A model generated the notes under the pieces. The model made no database searches, was not told the origin of the DNA, and saw nothing but the letters and a program-made list of their open reading frames with translations. Made by a program: the position numbers and the translations under genes. From contig CAWHAA010000004.1 of NCBI GenBank assembly GCA_963827275.1, forward strand, positions 640,001-704,000: a stretch of 64,000 bases of DNA. The letters run 5' to 3'. Below are positions 41,089 through 50,239 of this stretch, in pieces. The stretch's first letter is position 1; each line of letters starts with the position of its first letter. The DNA comes from an uncultured Spirochaetota bacterium (GTDB taxonomy: Bacteria > Spirochaetota > UBA4802 > UBA5550).

Positions 41089-41122
41089 CGTAAAGGCGCG
41101 GTCACGTGACCGCGCCTTTACG
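41089..41122. repeat. solo REP-like perfect palindrome between mreB and mreC
   Basis: CGTAAAGGCGCGGTCAC|GTGACCGCGCCTTTACG with the shared GGTCACGTGACC core. Confidence 0.7.
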
Positions 41123-41154
41123 TTATACATCACCGACAAAGAGAATAAGCTGAC

Positions 41155-42024
41155 TTGGAATTTATAATACGACATAAGAGCATCGTTGCATTCATCTCCT
41201 TTACGCTGTTCTGCATAATATCACTTTCGGTACAATCCAGCACGTTCACCCTCACTTCCGAGGGCATCATAAGCGCGCTCACGATGCCGTTCCAGAAGGC
41301 GTATGACGGCATCCAGGGCGGCATATCCCGGATATGGGCGGGCTTTACCGAGCTCACCGAGGTGCGCGACGAGCTTAAGATGACGCGCGCCAAGCTCCAG
41401 AAATACGAATCGATGACCGAAGAGATGAGCGAGATCAGGCGCGAGAACGACCGTCTCAGGGGGCTCCTGGCCATGAAGGAGCGGGTTGAGTTCAAATCGA
41501 TACCCGCCTCGATCATATCCAAGGACCCGGACAACTGGTTCCGCACCATTATCATAAACAAGGGCGCGAGCGAAGGCATCAAGGAAAACATGCCGGTCAT
41601 CGCCTACCAGGGCGGGCAGCAGGCCGTCGTGGGCACCGTCATCGAGGTGCGGAACAGCATATCGCGGATCGCGCCCATCATCTCCCCGGTCGTCCGGATC
41701 GGCGTGAAGCTCCAGGAGAGCCGCTTCCCGGGCCTCCTCAGCGGGTATTCGGGCAACTCGAACCTCTGCAAGATGGACTATATCAGCCGCGCCGCGTTCA
41801 TTAAGTTCAACGACGTGGTGATAACCTCCGGCCAGGGCGGGGTGTTCCCGCCGGGGCTCATCGTCGGCACCGTCATCAAGTCCTATGCGCTCGAATCAAG
41901 CGCGTACCAGCGCGCCATCGTCAAGCCGGTGATCGATTACAACCTCGTGGAAGACGTGTTCGTCATAAAAAAGGACCTGGACAAAGACCTGTTTGAAATC
42001 TTTGAGGCAGAGAAGGCAGAATGA
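41155..42024 (+). CDS. mreC: rod shape-determining protein MreC
   Basis: ENDRLRGLL; IINKG..EG; TSGQGGVFPPGL; synteny. Confidence 0.93.
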   Translation: MEFIIRHKSIVAFISFTLFCIISLSVQSSTFTLTSEGIISALTMPFQKAYDGIQGGISRIWAGFTELTEVRDELKMTRAKLQKYESMTEEMSEIRRENDRLRGLLAMKERVEFKSIPASIISKDPDNWFRTIIINKGASEGIKENMPVIAYQGGQQAVVGTVIEVRNSISRIAPIISPVVRIGVKLQESRFPGLLSGYSGNSNLCKMDYISRAAFIKFNDVVITSGQGGVFPPGLIVGTVIKSYALESSAYQRAIVKPVIDYNLVEDVFVIKKDLDKDLFEIFEAEKAE

Positions 42025-42524
42025 TCCTGACGTATGTATTCACCGCGATAATCATACTCCTGTCGCTGCTGATACAGGGGCACACCTCGTTTGACGTGCT
42101 CCGCATCGCCGGCGTCAAGCCCGACCTCATCTTCATCACCGTGGTCTATCTTTCCTACTGCTTCGGGTCGTTCTACGGCGAGGTCACCGGGTTTATCAGC
42201 GGCCTGATGCACGACGCGGTCTCCAACTCGCCGCTCGGCATGCTCACCTTCCCAAAGTTCGCGATCGCTTTCGTGGTGGGGCTGTACGGCAGGTCGCTCT
42301 TCAGGAGCAACATCCTGACCACGTCGCTCCTCCTGTTCGCCGCGTCGATTGTCAAGGGCTTCATCACCCTGTTCCTCTGCTACGTGTTCAACGAGGCGTC
42401 CGCCTCGTCGGTGCTGAGCATCATACTCCCGGAGGCGTTTTACAACGCGCTGCTCGCGCCGCCGCTGTTCTTTATCTTCGACAAGATATTCGAAGGAGAA
42501 CTGGACAAAGAGGGGTACCGGTAA
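42021..42524 (+). CDS. mreD: rod shape-determining protein MreD
   Basis: KPDL, GL..D; hydrophobic; synteny. Confidence 0.9.
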   Translation: MILTYVFTAIIILLSLLIQGHTSFDVLRIAGVKPDLIFITVVYLSYCFGSFYGEVTGFISGLMHDAVSNSPLGMLTFPKFAIAFVVGLYGRSLFRSNILTTSLLLFAASIVKGFITLFLCYVFNEASASSVLSIILPEAFYNALLAPPLFFIFDKIFEGELDKEGYR

Positions 42525-42525
42525 C

Positions 42526-44502
42526 ATGCTGATGCAGTCATCCCTGCGGGCGAAGCTTCAGGAAGCGTTCCGGCTCCGGATGTTTTTTTTCATGGCGGTT
42601 ACGATCGTGGCGTTTTCGCTCCTCGTCCTCCAGATCATCAACCTCCAGCTCATCCAGGGAAAGGAATACAAGGCCAAGGCCCGGCTCAACATGGAGAGCA
42701 ATGTCCCCATCCCGGCAGCGCGGGGCGACATCTATGACCGGAACTTCAAGGAAGGCGAGAAGAACGTGGTCATTGTCTCCAACAGGGCGTCGTTCAACAT
42801 CACCACCATCCCGGCAAAGTTCAAATCAAAAAAAAAATTGTATGAGATCCTCGACCTCCTTGCGCTGCTCCTGAACATCGACAGCAACGAGATCAAGAAC
42901 GAGATCAACAGCGGCAATCCCTGGGAGCGGATTGTCATCAAGGAAGACGTCGAATTCGAAACCATCGTGAAGATCGCGTCGCACCAGGACAGGTTCCCCA
43001 ACATTGACTGGGAGGACGCGTCGGTGCGGGTCTACAACTTCAGCGAGATGTTCGCCCACCTCATCGGTTACGTGGGGAGCATCAGCCAGAATGAGTACCG
43101 GCGTCTCAAGACCGAGGGATATAAGCATTACCAGAAGATAGGGAAGGCCGGCATCGAAAAGCGGTACGACCCGCTCCTGCGCGGAAAGGACGGGTACGTG
43201 CGCCGGATCGTCGACGTGCGTCAGCGCACCGAGGGAGAGGAGGTGGGCCAGCGGCCGGTGGCCGGCGACAACCTGGTCCTCACCATCGATTACAACATCC
43301 AGAGCACCGCATACGAGGCGATGAAGGACATGAAGGGCGCGGCCATCGTGCTGAAGCCCGCCACCGGCGAGATCATCGCGCTGGTGAGCAAGCCGGATTT
43401 CGACCCGAACCTTATCATCTCGAAGAACAACACCGATATCATCAGGCAGCTTCAGACCGATAAAGAGCGGCCGTTCCTGAACCGCGTGATCCAGTCCAAG
43501 TACCCTCCCGCGTCGACCTTCAAGCTGGTGACCGCCGTGTCGGCCCTTGAAACGGAGAAGGCGACCCCCGACAAGACGTATTTCTGCCCCGGCAAGTACA
43601 CCCTCAAGGGATACCGGGACCATGATTTTTACGACTATGACGCCCACGGGACCGTGGACCTCTACTGGGCCATCGCGAAGTCATGCAGCGTCTATTTTTA
43701 CCAGCTCGGGCTCCTCACCGGCCCGTCGGTCCTGATGCGCTACGCGGAGGATTTCGGCCTCAACCAGAAGTCCGGCATCGATATACCGGGCGAAGTCGCC
43801 GGGTTCGTGCCGTCGCGGCAGTGGAAGTACAAGGCCTTCGGTCAGCCGTGGTTCGACGGCGACACGGTGAACATGTCGATCGGGCAGGGCTTCCTCCACG
43901 TGACCCCGATGGGGATGTGCAATTTCATCGCCGCCCTCGTCAATAACGGCATCGTGTATGGGCCGCACCTGGTGCGCGAGATCAGGGCAAACGACAACAG
44001 CAGGGTGATAAAGTCTTTCGGGCGCCGGAAGATACGGGAAATCCCCCTGTCGCCGCTGACCCTGCAGGCGGTCAAGAAGGGGATGCGGCTCGGCGTCACG
44101 AGCGGCACCTCGGGGCGGCTCGGCTACCTCAAGGTCCCCGTGGCGGGCAAGACCGGGACGGCCCAGACACGGTCGATCCGCCTTGAAAAATTTTCACAGC
44201 ATGCCTGGTTCGTCGGCTTCGCGCCCTACGACGGCCCGGTGGAGAACGCCGTCGCGGTCGTCATCCTGGTGGAATACGGCGTTGCCGGCGCAGCGAGCGC
44301 GGTCCCGATCGCGGAGCGTGTTTTCGCAAAGATGTATGACCTCGGGTATTTTACTGCCGCGGCACCGCCCGCGGTGAAGAAGGCGGAGACGCCGGTACAA
44401 CAGCTCCCGGGCGCGCCGGCACCGGCCGTCCCTGCGGCAGGCGGCAATCGCCGGGCAGCCGTGCCGCCGAATAAGCCGGCGGACGTGAAACAGGTCCCCT
44501 GA
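42526..44502 (+). CDS. mrdA: penicillin-binding protein 2
   Basis: RGDIYDRN; PASTFK (SxxK); KTGTAQ; synteny. Confidence 0.93.
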   Translation: MLMQSSLRAKLQEAFRLRMFFFMAVTIVAFSLLVLQIINLQLIQGKEYKAKARLNMESNVPIPAARGDIYDRNFKEGEKNVVIVSNRASFNITTIPAKFKSKKKLYEILDLLALLLNIDSNEIKNEINSGNPWERIVIKEDVEFETIVKIASHQDRFPNIDWEDASVRVYNFSEMFAHLIGYVGSISQNEYRRLKTEGYKHYQKIGKAGIEKRYDPLLRGKDGYVRRIVDVRQRTEGEEVGQRPVAGDNLVLTIDYNIQSTAYEAMKDMKGAAIVLKPATGEIIALVSKPDFDPNLIISKNNTDIIRQLQTDKERPFLNRVIQSKYPPASTFKLVTAVSALETEKATPDKTYFCPGKYTLKGYRDHDFYDYDAHGTVDLYWAIAKSCSVYFYQLGLLTGPSVLMRYAEDFGLNQKSGIDIPGEVAGFVPSRQWKYKAFGQPWFDGDTVNMSIGQGFLHVTPMGMCNFIAALVNNGIVYGPHLVREIRANDNSRVIKSFGRRKIREIPLSPLTLQAVKKGMRLGVTSGTSGRLGYLKVPVAGKTGTAQTRSIRLEKFSQHAWFVGFAPYDGPVENAVAVVILVEYGVAGAASAVPIAERVFAKMYDLGYFTAAAPPAVKKAETPVQQLPGAPAPAVPAAGGNRRAAVPPNKPADVKQVP

Positions 44503-44542
44503 GCGCCGGGTCGGCCCGGCAGAACTGTGACGAGAGGAAGCG

Positions 44543-45862
44543 ATGTTATTCAGCAAAGAAGGATTGAGCAGGATCGATTACAGCCTGGTGCTTGCGGTGG
44601 TGCTGGTTGTCGTCATCGGCATACTGATGATCTATAGCGCCGGCTTTGACCCGATCGACAAGGTGAACAGCGGGCTGTACCGCAAGCAGGTCCTCTGGTT
44701 TATCTTCGGGTTCATCCTGATGGTGGGGCTCACCATCATCAATTACCAGGTGCTGGGAGAATTTTCGCTCTATATCTACGGGGTGCTGATTGTCCTCCTG
44801 GTCATAACCACCTTATTCGGCAGGCCGGTCCGCAATACCAGGGCCTGGCTCGATTTTGGCGTTATCGCGATACAGCCCTCGGAATTCATGAAACTCGCCC
44901 TGGTCATCGTGCTCGCGAAATACCTGGAGATCCGCGAGCGCGATATCGTGCGCCTCCGTGAGCTGGTCGTCCCGACCCTCCTGACCTTTGTGCCGGTGCT
45001 CATAATCCTGAAGCAGCCCGATTTCGGCACCGCGATCATCTTCATCCCGATCCTGCTCACGATGCTCTTTGTCGGCGGCGCCGATATCACGCACCTGATC
45101 TCAATCGTATTGATCGCCGCCATCGCCATGGTCGTGCCGATGATCCTGACCTACCGGGAATGGATCGGCGCAGAAGGGTCGAATTTCCTCCTTGATTTCT
45201 TCAAGGACGTGAACCTTATTCTCATCGTCTCGAGCGTCCTGCTTGTGATCACCGTGGCGGCCTTCGTCCTCCATTTCTTTTCGGTTAAAAAGTTTTTACG
45301 GAAAATATATATACCCGGCGTGGTGATATCGCTCGGCCTCATGGCATCGGTCGTTATACAGAACCTCTTCAAGGTGTACCAGAAGAGAAGGATCCTGGTT
45401 TTCCTCAACCCGGACCTCGACCCGCAGGGGTCCGGCTACAACATCATACAATCGAAGATCGCGATCGGCTCGGGGGGATTTTTCGGGAAGGGCTTCCTGA
45501 AGGGCTCCCAGTCCCAGCTCGGCTTTCTCCCGGAGAAGACGTCGGATTTCATCTTTTCCGTGGTCGCGGAAGAGTGGGGGTTCTTCGGTGGCATCGTGCT
45601 GCTCGGGCTCTTCGGCTTTATCATCTTCAAATGCATTCAGACCGCCTTCGAGGCCAAGGACAAGTTCGGGGCCCTGCTGGCGAGCGGCATAACGACCATA
45701 TTCTTCTTCCATATACTGGTCAATATCGGCATGGCGGTCGGTATCATGCCGGTCACGGGGCTGCCGCTCTGCTTCGTGTCGTACGGCGGCTCGAACCTGC
45801 TCATGTCCATGATCTGCGTGGGCATCATGCTGAACATCAGGGCCAGGAAGCTCATATACTGA
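44543..45862 (+). CDS. rodA: rod shape-determining protein RodA
   Basis: QPSEFMK, QPDFGT, QSKIAIGSGG, SYGGS. Confidence 0.95.
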   Translation: MLFSKEGLSRIDYSLVLAVVLVVVIGILMIYSAGFDPIDKVNSGLYRKQVLWFIFGFILMVGLTIINYQVLGEFSLYIYGVLIVLLVITTLFGRPVRNTRAWLDFGVIAIQPSEFMKLALVIVLAKYLEIRERDIVRLRELVVPTLLTFVPVLIILKQPDFGTAIIFIPILLTMLFVGGADITHLISIVLIAAIAMVVPMILTYREWIGAEGSNFLLDFFKDVNLILIVSSVLLVITVAAFVLHFFSVKKFLRKIYIPGVVISLGLMASVVIQNLFKVYQKRRILVFLNPDLDPQGSGYNIIQSKIAIGSGGFFGKGFLKGSQSQLGFLPEKTSDFIFSVVAEEWGFFGGIVLLGLFGFIIFKCIQTAFEAKDKFGALLASGITTIFFFHILVNIGMAVGIMPVTGLPLCFVSYGGSNLLMSMICVGIMLNIRARKLIY

Positions 45863-45875
45863 CCCCCCAGCGGCG

Positions 45876-46664
45876 ATGGCAGAATATATGACAAGTGCGT
45901 CACATGCCCGGTTATATGGATGGTTGCTGATCCTCCTTTTCTGCCGGTGCGCGTTTGCCGGCAGCGACCGTGACCTTTACGGCAGCATATCTCCCGATGA
46001 CTATGTGACCGGCAGGTTCAATCCCGCCCGGCATGAGCTGTTTGTCTCCCTCACCGGTACCGGCATTCCGACGAACGGGTCTCCGCACAGGCTCCGCCGC
46101 GAGGCGGCGGCGGCCCTGAAGGAGCTTTACACGGCCTTCCGGAAAGACCACCCTGCGGCGCCCTTCTGGGTGCAGAGCTCCACCCGGAGCTTCGCTGACC
46201 AGAAATACATATGGGAAAGCAAATGGACAGGCCGCACCCCGGTGAACGGGATTAACCTTGCAACGGCGGTAGCGGACCCGCTGAAAAGGGCGCTCGAAAT
46301 CCTGAATTATTCTTCCATGCCCGGCACGTCGCGCCACCACTGGGGGACCGATTTCGATCTGAACGTCCTCTCGGATGAGTACTTCACGAAGGGTGATGGA
46401 AAAATATTGTACCGGTGGATGGCCGAATACGCGCCGCGGTACGGGTTCTGCCAGCCGTACACGGCCGGGAGGAGGTCCGGCTACCGCGAGGAGAAATGGC
46501 ACTGGTCATACGCGCCCCTTGCCCGGCCGTACCTCGCCCGCTGGAACGAATCCTACCGCAGGGACCCCGGGGTGTTTTCCCGCAGCGGGCTCTTCCGCGG
46601 CTCTGATATCGCGGGAACGCTGGCGCCGGTGTTCGTGAATTCGATAAACGCCGCGTGCGAGTGA
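45876..46664 (+). CDS. M15B/VanY-like D,D-carboxypeptidase
   Basis: S..RS...Q; PGTSRHHWGTDFD; EEKWHW. Confidence 0.88.
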   Translation: MAEYMTSASHARLYGWLLILLFCRCAFAGSDRDLYGSISPDDYVTGRFNPARHELFVSLTGTGIPTNGSPHRLRREAAAALKELYTAFRKDHPAAPFWVQSSTRSFADQKYIWESKWTGRTPVNGINLATAVADPLKRALEILNYSSMPGTSRHHWGTDFDLNVLSDEYFTKGDGKILYRWMAEYAPRYGFCQPYTAGRRSGYREEKWHWSYAPLARPYLARWNESYRRDPGVFSRSGLFRGSDIAGTLAPVFVNSINAACE

Positions 46665-46694
46665 GCCGCCGCGGCCCCGCCCCTTACTGCACGC

Positions 46695-47438
46695 TTAATT
46701 GAGGAAGGTCCTGAACCCGAGGTTCATCGATGCGCCGGCCGTGTCATAGTTGAATATGCCCGACCTGGTGTTGAAATAGGTGACGATGTGCAGCCCGACG
46801 TCCATGCGCGTTGTTTCGGTGATTTTCACGAGAAACCCGAACCCGATGTTGATGGTCAGCGAATTGAGGGTGAAATCGCGGTTGGTGCGGCTCAGGACCG
46901 ACGAACCGCTCAGCTGGAACTTGCGCAGGCTGTACCCGAGCCCCGCCGAGAGGTAGGGCGAATAGGGGAACGCGTTGATGTCGAGGAACGAGTAGCTGAA
47001 CCTGAAGGGAAGGTCGAACTCGTAGATCCGCCCGCTGATTTTTGTCCTCACCAGGTTGTCAAGCGACCAGCCCTTCTTGGCCCTCAATGACTGGGCGTTC
47101 GTGAATACAAACGCCGGTGACATTGTGACGAGGTACCGGTCGTACTGGACGCCGAGGGGTGCGGACAGGATGACGCTCGCGAAGCCCTCCCGGACCTCGA
47201 TGCCGCCGCCGGCGCCCAGGATGGCGCGGGGCCTCAGGCGGTCCAACTCGCTCTTCTGGAGATCGCGGACCGTGCCCCTGCGTTGCGCACCGCTTTCACC
47301 GTCCCTCAGGTACTGTGCGATTATTACACTCTGTCCCCCGTCAGCCGCGGGGGCCGGTCCCGCGGCGGAATGGACGGTCAGCAGGATAAGAAATGCCGCC
47401 GATAACGCGGCAACGGTCGTAACGCCTGGTCTTGCCAT
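46695..47438 (-). CDS. outer-membrane beta-barrel protein
   Basis: Signal peptide; PYLSAGLGY; alternating beta strands. Confidence 0.65.
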   Translation of the reverse strand: MARPGVTTVAALSAAFLILLTVHSAAGPAPAADGGQSVIIAQYLRDGESGAQRRGTVRDLQKSELDRLRPRAILGAGGGIEVREGFASVILSAPLGVQYDRYLVTMSPAFVFTNAQSLRAKKGWSLDNLVRTKISGRIYEFDLPFRFSYSFLDINAFPYSPYLSAGLGYSLRKFQLSGSSVLSRTNRDFTLNSLTINIGFGFLVKITETTRMDVGLHIVTYFNTRSGIFNYDTAGASMNLGFRTFLN

Positions 47439-47612
47439 TGGTGCAACCTCGCTGTATCAAGGGTACGATACCTGCCCGCATAAAATCAAGCAAAATAAGG
47501 ACCACCATCGCCGGACCGGGGAAATTGCGCCTGCCGGGGCCGGACATGTTTTACTTGACGGTACGGGGGGCAGGTAGTAGTGATGAACCTTGGCATTATC
47601 AAGGGAACGGAC

Positions 47613-48269
47613 ATGACTCCATTATTACGGGGCGCTATCATCATCCTGCTGGGGGCGGTCGCGGTCTGCGCTGCCGGCCCGGCCGGTGATTCATGGAAAA
47701 AAACAGGCGAAACGCGGGACGGCATCGTGATCCATACCCGCGTGATGCCGGGCTCGCGGGTCCGCGAGCTCAGGGCCAATTGCATCATGGAGGCCGCGCC
47801 GATGCACGTGTGGCAGGCGGTCCTGGACAGGGAAACATACCGGGACTCGGCGAAATACGTGAAGATCGACAGGGTCTTCAGGACGGAGAACGAAGATGTC
47901 TGGTATAACTACCAGCTGCTCGAGGCCCCCATGCTGGACAGGCGGGATTATACTCTCCGCTATGAAAGCCGCCGCGACCCGGGCAGGATGCAGTACCGTC
48001 TGGACTGGCGGGCGGTGAATGATTTCGGCCCGGCGCCCGGGAAGGGCGTGGTGCGGCTCGCCGTGTGCGACGGCTCATTCGAGATAGAGCCGCGCGAGGG
48101 CGGGAAGAAGGCCTTCGTCACCTACTGGGTATGCGTTGATCCGGGAGGGCAGGTGCCGGCATGGGCCGCCAATCTTGCCAACCGGTCAAGCCTCCCGGAC
48201 TTTTTGAGGGCCGTGAGAAAGCAGAGCTATAAATTCAGGGACCGTGCCGGGCAGGCCGATGAAAAATAG
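47613..48269 (+). CDS. secreted START-domain lipid-binding protein
   Basis: W......GI..Y/H.R; P.L.RRDY; VDPGG.VPAW.AN. Confidence 0.8.
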   Translation: MTPLLRGAIIILLGAVAVCAAGPAGDSWKKTGETRDGIVIHTRVMPGSRVRELRANCIMEAAPMHVWQAVLDRETYRDSAKYVKIDRVFRTENEDVWYNYQLLEAPMLDRRDYTLRYESRRDPGRMQYRLDWRAVNDFGPAPGKGVVRLAVCDGSFEIEPREGGKKAFVTYWVCVDPGGQVPAWAANLANRSSLPDFLRAVRKQSYKFRDRAGQADEK

Positions 48270-48345
48270 GCGTGGCGCGGCCTGTGTGCGAGCCCGGTCA
48301 AATCGCATGACGTTCCCAACATGTAACGAAGGCTGAAAAAAAGGA

Positions 48346-49005
48346 ATGGGCGATACAGGCGAACTGTACAACGAGATGAATACCTATGTGATGCCGGCGC
48401 CCAACCAGGTCCGCTTCATCACCGGCGGCCAGACCCTGACCCTGGTCATGGGGTCGTGCATCTCGACCGTGTTCATCGGGAGGAACACGCGCTACGTCGC
48501 GGCGGCGAACCATATCATGATTGCCCGTCAGCGGCAGGGGAGCGTCATCGCCACGCGTGATGCGCGCGTGCAGATCGACGAAATCATCGACATGTATCGC
48601 GCCCGGTTTGACATCCGGCAGGGTGACCTGCGGTGCCTTCACCTGGTGGGGGGGGGAAGGAAGACCGCCGATGAATCGTTCACGATCCATCTTGAAAACA
48701 TCAGCGAAACGCGATCCATCCTGGCGGAAAAAAAGATCGGCGTCATGTTCGATGATACCCGGAGCCATTATTTTGCCTCCTATTCCCTGGGCGACGGCAT
48801 GATGTCGGTGTTCATCGAGGACCAGCTGGGGGGCTCGCACCTGTCCTATATCATTGACCTCGGACGGCTTTTCGACCTTGATCCGTCGCGCGCCGCGGCC
48901 CTCCCCGCGTCGGCCCTCAAGCCGGCGAACGCGGGCTTCGAGGAATTAGTGGAACGGGGCGTCATCACCTTTATCACCGGTCTGAGGAACCGGCCCGATC
49001 AGTGA
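48346..49005 (+). CDS. CheD-like deamidase
   Basis: TLVMGSCIS, NHIM, LVGGG, EN motifs; divergent. Confidence 0.65.
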   Translation: MGDTGELYNEMNTYVMPAPNQVRFITGGQTLTLVMGSCISTVFIGRNTRYVAAANHIMIARQRQGSVIATRDARVQIDEIIDMYRARFDIRQGDLRCLHLVGGGRKTADESFTIHLENISETRSILAEKKIGVMFDDTRSHYFASYSLGDGMMSVFIEDQLGGSHLSYIIDLGRLFDLDPSRAAALPASALKPANAGFEELVERGVITFITGLRNRPDQ

Positions 49006-49057
49006 GGATATGCGCCGGTCCCGCCGGCGTGCCGGTGCTGCCGCCCCTGCGGGCGCG

Positions 49058-49417
49058 CTACATGGTGCCCGCAATCGCATTGCCCGCGGCGATCAGCTTT
49101 TCCGCGCCGTCGAAGTCGTACGAGCCGTCTTTGGTCCGGTTCCGAAGCTCCTGGACCTTCTGGCGGCGCTCCAGGTCCGGCATGCGTTCCGCCATCATCA
49201 TCAGTTCGCCGACGGCAAGGGAAAGCCGGAACCCGGCCTTCACCAGGGGCGAGCTGTTTCTCTCGCGGAGCAGGTCCCTGGCCTCCTGAGAGATATCAAC
49301 CCGGTCCACTCCCCTGTCTTCATCCCGGGTTCTCCTGATGAACCTGGGCGAGCGCTCCGGGGCGGTGTTGACCGCATGGTAGAAGTGAATGTAATCAGTG
49401 GTTTTGTTGATAATCAT
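49058..49417 (-). CDS. FlgM-like anti-sigma-28 factor
   Basis: DRVDISQEAR and R.QKVQELR....DGSY motifs; GGAG RBS. Confidence 0.65.
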   Translation of the reverse strand: MIINKTTDYIHFYHAVNTAPERSPRFIRRTRDEDRGVDRVDISQEARDLLRERNSSPLVKAGFRLSLAVGELMMMAERMPDLERRQKVQELRNRTKDGSYDFDGAEKLIAAGNAIAGTM

Positions 49418-49660
49418 GATAATACTCCAGTTTTATACAATCATTGTGACAGTATATATATCGGAGTATATACACATATGTTTAGCTATTTTATGTGTAG
49501 TATAAATTTTTTTTTGAATTTTTTTACAACAGTACCGCGGAACGGTACGAGCGGCCAAATCTCCTGGTAACGTCGATCGGCGGTACATCCTTCTGACGGC
49601 GGGGAGAAACCGGCTGATTCGCGGTGCGATGTTCACACGGCGAACCAGCCGCGGACACGG

Positions 49661-49981
49661 TCATTTGAATTTCTGAAGTTCTTTCTGGATATCGAGCGGG
49701 GAAATCCCTTTTGACATAAGGCATTTCACGATGTTGGCGGTGCTCATGCCGAGCTTCTGCCCGTCCTCATTGGATACTTTCGCCTTCGTCTCTTTCATTT
49801 CCTCAACTATGGCCATGAAGTTTTTGAATTCCCTGTCGGCGCACACCTTGTCGGCGCATGCGCATGCCTGTTTCTCTAAATCGGCCAATTTATTGACATA
49901 TGAACCGCCCTTTTTACATCCGGGCGCCATCATCACGAACCCGGCGACAACCAGTGCTGTTGCAGTTTTTATTATTTTCAT
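49661..49981 (-). CDS. small Cys-rich lipoprotein
   Basis: Lipobox APGC; CAC...C motif. Confidence 0.7.
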   Translation of the reverse strand: MKIIKTATALVVAGFVMMAPGCKKGGSYVNKLADLEKQACACADKVCADREFKNFMAIVEEMKETKAKVSNEDGQKLGMSTANIVKCLMSKGISPLDIQKELQKFK

Positions 49982-50239
49982 TTTTACCGTGACTCCTTTT
50001 TTGCTATTTGCGGCGCATCATGCATTCGCCATGATTGATGCTGTGCATGAATTCTGAATAGTCAAGACTTAAATATACCTTCTAGTATTTTAGAGATTTA
50101 TTTTTAAGGCATGGCGGTCGTCCCGGCGAGAAGGCGACACGGACGTCGCCGATTCCGCCGAGTCAATCCCGATTCATTAAAAGAAAAGACGGAATCGGGA
50201 TTATACGAGGCGGACGAGCGGGATGACCGCTATGCTATT

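Noticed and set aside
40010..41105. long minus-strand ORFs over mreB (and similar shadows at 16999-17985 and 31606-32469)
   Set aside because: Antisense to well-supported genes; no motifs.
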